The notes beneath the pieces are model-generated. The model saw nothing but the letters and a program-made list of their open reading frames with translations, did no database searches and was not told the origin of the DNA. A stretch of 63,068 bases of DNA, the filler included, from an uncultured bacterium (GTDB taxonomy: Bacteria; CAYJOG01): the NCBI GenBank assembly GCA_964371695.1. It is 36 parts of 36 records of this genome, joined end to end, with 100 filler letters (N's around TTAATTAATTAA, not from the genome) between each part and the next. Parts side by side here need not be neighbours in the genome. Positions count along the whole stretch, not along the records: positions 56,638 to 58,179 come from CAYJOG010000662.1; positions 58,280 to 59,813 come from CAYJOG010000663.1; positions 59,914 to 61,444 come from CAYJOG010000664.1; positions 61,545 to 63,068 come from CAYJOG010000665.1; 32 more parts are not named here. One strand, written 5' to 3'. Shown piece by piece: positions 56,538-63,068 of this stretch (its first letter is position 1; each line of letters begins with the position of its first letter). A program made the position numbers and the translations under genes.

Positions 56538-56637
56538 NNNNNNNNNNNNNNNNNNNNNNNNNNNNNNNNNNNNNNNNNNNNTTAATTAATTAANNNNNNN
56601 NNNNNNNNNNNNNNNNNNNNNNNNNNNNNNNNNNNNN

Positions 56638-57526
56638 AAACCCCCCCCCCCGGGGGGTTGTGGGGGGGGGGGGGGGGGGGGGGGGGCCCGCGGGGGGGGG
56701 GGGGGGGGGGGGGCCCCAGCGGCAGGTGGCCGATGATGGCCCGCGCCCGGCCCAGGGCGTCGCGGTCGTCGCTGGCCAGGTGGTCGGCCACGCCGCTCAG
56801 GCGCGCATGCACCGCGCCACCCCCCAGTTCCTCGGCGGTCACGTCTGCGCCGGTGGCGGCCTTGACCAGCGGCGGCCCCCCCAGAAAAATGGTGCCCTGA
56901 TTCGCCACGATGATGGTTTCGTCGCTCATGGCGGGCGCATAGGCTCCCCCGGCGGTGCAACTGCCCATCACCACGGCCACCTGCGTGAGGCCCCGCGCAC
57001 TGAGGCGGGCCTGATTGAAAAAGATACGGCCAAAGTGGTCGCGGTCGGGGAATACCTCGGCCTGCATGGGCAGAAACGCGCCGCCGCTGTCCACCAGATA
57101 CACGCAGGGCAGGTTGTTTTCCAGGGCAATGTCCTGGGCGCGCAGGTGTTTTTTGACGGTGACGGGGTAATAGGTGCCGCCCTTTACGGTGGCGTCGTTG
57201 GCCACCACCATCACCATGCGGCCCTTGACCCGGCCCATGCCGGTGACAATGCCCGCCGAGGGGGCGTCGTTGCCGTACTGGTCAATGGCGGCGAGAGGCG
57301 AGAGTTCCAGAAAAGGACTGCCTTCGTCCAGCAGCAGGCCGATGCGGTCGCGCACCAGCAGCTTGCCCCGTTCTTCGTGGCGACGGCGGGCTTTTTCGCC
57401 CCCGCCCCCACCGGCCCAGGCCAGCTTCTCTTTCAGCTCCTGCGCCAGCGCCCGGTGGTGTCGGGCGTTCTCCTGAAACTCGGCGTCCCTGGGGTTCAGA
57501 CGGCTTTTGAGGACCTGGCTGCTCAT
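56638..57526 (-). CDS. mccB: Methylcrotonyl-CoA carboxylase beta subunit (3' end lost in a poly-G artefact)
   Basis: [59 protein letters not shown]. Confidence 0.9.
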
Positions 57527-57679
57527 GCACCGCTCACGTTAGCGCGACGCCTACTTGACGTCCAACCGCCAAATTGCCACCCGTGGCAATTTCCCGGCAT
57601 TTCTTCTGGCCATTCCCTGACCTGCATCATGGACAACTTTGTCCTTTTTAATACACTTTTATTTATGTTGCGCACACCC

Positions 57680-58179
57680 ATGGACAAAAAAGAGATGGAA
57701 GCGTTTCTCGTGCGAGAGCCGCTGGGCCGTTTGGCGCTGGTGAGTGACGGTGCGCCCTACATCGTGCCCATGCCTTTTTTGTATGAGGCAGGGGTTCTTT
57801 ACATCCCCTTTCGCAAGGGGGGGCGCAAGCAGCAGGCGTTGCAACAAAACCCCAACGGGTGTTTTGAGGTGGACTGGTGGGCCTTTGGCCTGGGGGAATA
57901 TGCCAGCATTCTGCTGGAAGGCCCGTTGAGCATTGTGGATGCCCCCGAAGACACCCACCGGGCGCGGATTCTGCTCACCGAGAAGTATCAGAACGCGGCG
58001 GAGTTTCCGAACCTGGCGTGGTCGGGCCTGGCCATGGGGGGCGACGCGGTGTTATTGAAAATGGAGGTCATCAGCATGAGCGGACTGAAGGCCAACGAGC
58101 AGAGCTTGGTGTGGGTGCCGCTGCTGAACATAGACAAAGCGCCGGAGATCGCCGACCCCCTGGCGCATCTGGAGGAAAC
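57680..58179 (+). CDS. Pyridoxamine 5'-phosphate oxidase/NimA-like flavin-binding protein (3' truncated)
   Basis: GRLAL...PYIVPM...GRK...NPNGCFEVD...YASILLEG. Confidence 0.85.
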
Positions 58180-58435
58180 NNNNNNNNNNNNNNNNNNNNN
58201 NNNNNNNNNNNNNNNNNNNNNNNTTAATTAATTAANNNNNNNNNNNNNNNNNNNNNNNNNNNNNNNNNNNNNNNNNNNNTTTGGCCTATGTTTTACTGGA
58301 TTCCCGCTTTCGCGGGAATGACGCCAGCCAGGGCGGGGCTTTCAGACGATGCATGACTCACCAATTCCGAAAATGCTCCAACGGCACGCCCGCCCCTGGC
58401 CAAGAGCCGGGTCTTTATGATGTGTTTGCGGCGTC

Positions 58436-59578
58436 ATGAAAATCCTGCTCATCCAGCACAAGCTCACCGAGCCCAGCAACCACCCGTGGCTGGATGCCTA
58501 CGCCGCCGCCTGGCCCGGCGATGAACTGCTGGCCCTGCGCCCACAGGCTGGTTTTGAGGGGGGCAAAAAAGCGGCGGCGACGGGGGCGCACCCTGGTCTG
58601 GTGCAGGGGTTCGCTTTTTATCCCACCCACTACACGCTGGCGTTTTACCTCAACCGCCTGGGGGGTCTCATGCGCCGCTTCAAACCCGACGTGATTGACC
58701 TGCACGACGAACCCTGGACCCTCACCAGCGCCCAGACGCTTTTTTATCGCCGCCTGTTTGCCCCCCAGGCGCGCCTGGTGGTGGCCAGCGCCCAGAACAT
58801 TTTCAAACATTTTCCGCCCCCTTTTGGCCCCATCGAGCGGCGGGTGCTGGGGGCGGCGGCGGGGGCCTATGGCTGCTCGCGGGGCGTGTTGGAAGTGCTG
58901 CGCGAAAAGGGTTATCGTGGCCCGCTTTATGATGTGCCCCTGGCGGTGAACGGCCCCCCGGAGTTCTCGGTTCCGGCGCTTCACACGCTCTGGTCACCCC
59001 TGCATCCCCAGCGGGAAGCCCGCATTGGCTACGCCGGAAAACTCCTCACCGAAAAAGGGATTTTTGTGTTGCTGGAGGCGTTTGCCCAGCTCGTCCGCAC
59101 CCTGGCCGCGCCGGTGCATCTCACCTATCTGGGCACGGGACCGGAAGAGGCCACGCTGCGCCAGCGCATCGCCCAACTGGGGCTGGAAGACAGGGTGTTC
59201 ATTCACCCCCGCGTGCCGCCCGCCGAGGTGCCGGGCTGGATGAAAACCCAGGACGTGCTGGTGATGCCCAGCCAGAGCACCGCCACCTGGAAGGAACAGT
59301 TTGGCCGGGTGGTGGTGGAGGCCTTTGCCTGTGGCGTGCCGGTGGCAGGCTCAGACAGCGGCTCGATTCCTGAAGTCATTGGCGAGGCCGGGCTGGTGTT
59401 CCCGGAGGGCGACACGGCGGCCCTGGCCCAGGCCATGGGGCGGATGCTGATGGAGCCTGCCCTGCGCCTTCGGTTCATCGAAGAGGGCCTGCGGCGGTTT
59501 CGCACCTGCTACACCCCCCAGGCCGTGGCGCAAAAGATGGGTGAGGTTTATCGCGGCACCGCCGAAGCAGTGGGATAA
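58436..59578 (+). CDS. Glycosyltransferase family 4
   Basis: IGYAGKLLTEKG, DVLVMPS...WKEQFGRVVVEAFACGVPVAGSDSGSIPEVIGEAG. Confidence 0.93.
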   Translation: MKILLIQHKLTEPSNHPWLDAYAAAWPGDELLALRPQAGFEGGKKAAATGAHPGLVQGFAFYPTHYTLAFYLNRLGGLMRRFKPDVIDLHDEPWTLTSAQTLFYRRLFAPQARLVVASAQNIFKHFPPPFGPIERRVLGAAAGAYGCSRGVLEVLREKGYRGPLYDVPLAVNGPPEFSVPALHTLWSPLHPQREARIGYAGKLLTEKGIFVLLEAFAQLVRTLAAPVHLTYLGTGPEEATLRQRIAQLGLEDRVFIHPRVPPAEVPGWMKTQDVLVMPSQSTATWKEQFGRVVVEAFACGVPVAGSDSGSIPEVIGEAGLVFPEGDTAALAQAMGRMLMEPALRLRFIEEGLRRFRTCYTPQAVAQKMGEVYRGTAEAVG

Positions 59579-59721
59579 AAACAGGTCAGAGCATTTTCGG
59601 AGATGGTAGAGCATTGACGAGGTTTCATGTCCAAACCTTGACCAACCCGCCGTCATTCCCGCGAAAGCGGCAGTCCAGTTGAAATATGGGCAGTACGCCT
59701 TCTTCTTTATTCCCTTCAGTG

Positions 59722-59813
59722 GCACGGACAGGAGTGTCCACTGCTGTCAGGTTTATTGGTAGCCCCGGCGTCCCGCCGGGAGCAATAAAACGCCGAAGGC
59801 GTCACCAAACAGG
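59722..59813. repeat. REPIN-like element, family D, copy 3 (reverse, truncated by contig end)
   Basis: TGCTGTCAGGTTTATTGGTAGCCCCGGCGTCCCGCCGGGAG...CGCCGAAGGCG. Confidence 0.85.
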
Positions 59814-59913
59814 NNNNNNNNNNNNNNNNNNNNNNNNNNNNNNNNNNNNNNNNNNNNTTAATTAATTAANNNNNNNNNNNNNNNNNNNNNNNNNNNNNNN
59901 NNNNNNNNNNNNN

Positions 59914-61344
59914 GTTTTTGCCCACGCCAAACGCCTTTTCAAAATCGGCCAGCGCCGCCGCCGAAAGGCCCATGGGGTTGGCGGCATCCTGTTGGCTACG
60001 ACGGTTTTCGGCAAACAGGTCCGCCGTCATTTCCCAACCCCGTTTGAGAGAAAAAGCACCATTCAGACCCCAGCGATTTTCGCGCGTGTTCAGCCCCCGG
60101 CCCCCGTGGCGGCGGTGCTGCTGTTGAAAAAACACACCGGCGCTGTGGCGGTTTTTTGTCCAGTTCAGTTGGTGCCGCACGCGGTTTTGATGTTCTGCAA
60201 ACGGTGAAGGCCGCTCAGGCCCCGCACCGGCCACAAGACGCGTCCGGGGCAGGTCGCGCCACCGGCTCCAATCACCCACGCCCCTATATTCACTGTTCTT
60301 CCCCAGACGCCACACCAAGCCAAGGTTGGCCGTGCGGGCTGTGGCGCTGCCGGTTTGCGACGCCGTGCGCCCCAGGGCGAAATCGGCGGGGGTCTGGCGC
60401 GCTTGCGTGCCCCGGCGGTGGTGCAGACCCAGCCGCACCGTGGCCCGTGGGCCAGGCCGCCACACCGCCGATACCGCCGCCTGCCCCTGACGCCTGGCCC
60501 ACGCGTTGCGCGTGATGTCCTGGTCTGACCACTTCTGGCTGAGGGCCACCCGCGCCTGCCAGTGGCGGCCCGGCGAAAACGTGAGCACCCCCGCCGCCTG
60601 TGTGGCCGTGTTTTTTCCGGCGGTGTCCTCCAGTTTCGCACCCTGATGCGTCAGGGAAAAACGGTAAACCCCCCGCTGACCCAGCGGCCCCCCCAGCAAC
60701 GCCGCGAGGCGCATGTGCTTTGCATCCTGCGGGCCGGTGAGCGGCGCGGCGGGGTTGTCGTGGCCCTGCCGCTGGCGCGCCGAGAGGCTCATCTGGAACA
60801 GCCCCCGGCCCTGCACGCGGTGGGCGGTCTTGAGCGCGCCCGACAGAGTAGAAAAACCTGTGGCCGCGCCGGATCGGTCGTGCTGATTCAGCCAGCCCGC
60901 CTGCCACCACAGGGGCCAGCGGCCCTGGTGCTCCATCGCAAGCGCGCCTTCACGGCGGTCCACATCCCCCGAAAAACTCCCGGCCAGCGGACTGCGAAAC
61001 CAGCGGTGTTGACGCCACACTGTCCAGGTGGTGAGGTGATCCAGCAGGCGATAGTCCTCTTGCAGGCGCATGGTGGAAAGGCCCAGGTCAGTCACACGCA
61101 GGCGGTAATCCTTGCTGGGGTTTTCACGGACAAGGCGAACCTGCAAAAACGTCAGGCCCTTGGGCGCGGCTTGGTTCAGTTCGGACAACCCCCGGTTTTT
61201 TGAGCCTGACTGCCAGTGGCCAGACAGGGTGTAAAAGCTGGTTTCTTTTGCGCACACCTGCTGCGCGCCAGCCGCCAGCAACAGGGTGGTGAGGGCGAGA
61301 AGTCTGCGATTTGTGTTAGAGCATTTTCGGAAATGGTAGCGCAA
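59914..61344 (-). CDS. Probable outer-membrane beta-barrel protein (3' truncated)
   Basis: Signal peptide; alternating aromatic/polar beta-strand pattern rich in W, Y, R and G. Confidence 0.55.
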
Positions 61345-61544
61345 AAAGCGGGGCGGTCCTTCACCTCTCCCCTTGAGGGAGAGGTCGGATGGCGTGGCGG
61401 TTTTTTTGGGAACCCCCCCCCAGGGGGGGTGATAAAAAAAAAAANNNNNNNNNNNNNNNNNNNNNNNNNNNNNNNNNNNNNNNNNNNNTTAATTAATTAA
61501 NNNNNNNNNNNNNNNNNNNNNNNNNNNNNNNNNNNNNNNNNNNN

Positions 61545-62761
61545 TGTTGCAGGGCGACGTGGGCAGCGGCAAAACGGCGGTGTGCGCCCTGGCGATGGCG
61601 GCGGTGGCGGGGTTGGGCGAGCAGGCGGCGCTGGTGGCCCCCACCGAAATCCTCGCCGAGCAGCATTTCATCACCCTCAAGCGCCTGTTTGCGGGCACGG
61701 GGTTTCACGTGGGTCTGCTCACCGGCAGTCTTTCTGCAACTCAGAAACAGGCGTTGAAAATGGCGCTGCACCACGGCCAGATTCAACTGGTGGTGGGCAC
61801 CCACGCCCTGTTTGAGCGCAACGTGGGGTTTGAAAAACTCGGCCTGATTGTGGTGGACGAACACCACCGTTTTGGTGTGGAACAACGCCACCACCTCACA
61901 CAAAAAGCCCCTCTGGCCGACCTGCTGGTGATGACGGCCACGCCCATTCCCCGCACGCTGGCGCTCACCAAATATGGCGACCTCACGCTGAGCGTGATCG
62001 CCCGGCCGCCCAAGACACGGGCGGGGGTGAACACGCTGGTGTTGCCGCTGGAACAGAAAACAGAGGTGGCCGAACTCATCAGAAAAACAGTGGCCCGAAA
62101 AGAGCAGGTTTATTTTGTGTGTCCCCTGATTGAAGAGAGCGAAGCCCTGCAAGCGAGCGCTGCCACAGCCCGTTATGAAGAACTGAAAATCGAACTGCCT
62201 GACCTGCGCCTGGGCCTGCTGCACGGCCGCATGAAGGTGGCCGAAAAAGAAGCCGCCATGGAGGGATTGCGGCGGGGCGAGCTGGATGTGCTGGTGGCCA
62301 CCACCGTGATTGAAGTGGGGGTGGACGTGCCGGGGGCCACGCTGATGGTGATTGAACACGCCGAGCGGTTTGGTCTGAGCCAGTTGCACCAGTTGCGGGG
62401 CCGGGTGGGGCGAGGCAGCGGCAAAGGGTTGTGCGTGCTGTTTGGCGACCTGAAGGGCCAAAAGGCCCGCGAGCGGCTCTATGTCATGGCCAACACCGAC
62501 GATGGTTTTGAGGTGGCCCGCCTGGACCTGGCCATTCGTGGCCCGGGGCGGGTGCTGGGCACTGAGCAGAGCGGTTTTTTCAGTGACTTCGCCATCGCCG
62601 ACCTGAACCGCTCCGCTGACCAGAAGTTGCTGGAATGGGCGCGGGAAGACGCCGAGGCGCTTTTGGCCGAAGACCCGGACCTGACCGCCCTCGCACACCG
62701 GGCCATGAAGCTGATGCTGGATCGCAACCTGGAAAAATATCAGTGGGCCCAGCGGGCGTGA
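61545..62761 (+). CDS. recG: ATP-dependent DNA helicase RecG (5' truncated)
   Basis: QGDVGSGKT, PTEILAEQH, VDEHHRFGVEQR, MTATPIPRTL, HGRM, LHQLRGRVGRG, DGFEVARLDLAIRGPG. Confidence 0.97.
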
Positions 62762-62994
62762 TGGAGGGCGTGGTGTCAGAGTTTTTTCAAAACCAAAGGG
62801 GTTAATTCAAAGGCAAAAAACCAAATAAAGTTTTTGGTCTTTGTTTTTTATGCCACAGGCGAGACGCCCGTGGCTACTGCGGTGTCACCAGAAAATGGCT
62901 TTGGGCTTTTGTTTGGCTGGATTCCCGCTTTTGCGGGAATGACGCCAGAGATCAATTGGTTGTTTGCCTTTTCCAATTTCCAGCCTCCTCCCTA

Positions 62995-63068
62995 AGAGCC
63001 TGTTATTAAATTACGCCATGTGAAACATGGTGTAATAGAAACAGGCTCTTGCGGGACATGGATGTCCC
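62995..63068. repeat. Repeat family B, copy 3 (reverse)
   Basis: AGAGCCTGTT...CCATGTGAAACATGG...AACAGGCTCT-T-GCGGGACATGGATGTCCC. Confidence 0.85.

Noticed and set aside
56638-56718. Poly-G/C tract giving a poly-Pro or poly-Gly peptide (also 39652-39673, 41356-41381, 61413-61444)
   Set aside because: Located at contig ends and interrupting the conserved mccB; typical sequencing or assembly homopolymer artefact.

Overview
This is not one locus. It is 36 unrelated short contigs (1767 down to 1524 bp, sorted by decreasing length) joined by 35 artificial 100-bp linkers (N44-TTAATTAATTAA-N44), i.e. the small-contig tail of a draft or metagenome-assembled genome. Gene neighbourhoods are therefore only meaningful within a contig, and most genes are truncated. 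The organism is GC-rich, flagellated and probably diderm (MsbA-like exporter, RfaE2/HldE domain, outer-membrane-like proteins), yet it has Firmicutes/Terrabacteria-like traits: rsmD-coaD-coiled-coil gene order, purB-purC-purS-purQ, and a DnaK lacking the diderm insert. Coding content is mostly housekeeping (pur genes, pgk, pgi, serA, ispH, cinA, recG, murC-like, dnaK, acyl-CoA carboxylases). It also includes motility and signalling genes, beta/gamma/chaperone subunits of a periplasmic DMSO-reductase-family enzyme, PhoD, a Translin/C3PO-like nuclease and several large secreted proteins. I found no rRNA, tRNA, CRISPR array or transposase. Intergenic DNA carries at least seven palindromic repeat families. 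The most novel signal is a ~170-nt structured element in three copies (8651-8819, 17445-17608, 26465-26630). Each copy has a conserved hairpin, a long-range stem with compensatory base changes enclosing a sequence-variable but length-conserved (70-73 nt) loop, and, on the minus strand, CANGGAUG (CsrA-type) hairpin loops. Other points of interest are in-frame stops in dnaK (TGA) and purC (TAA), a sigma54 promoter with enhancer-like palindromes upstream of fliA, a sigma28 promoter on an orphan gene, tandem CRP boxes before a diguanylate cyclase, and a HAIR-like operator on the dnaK promoter.
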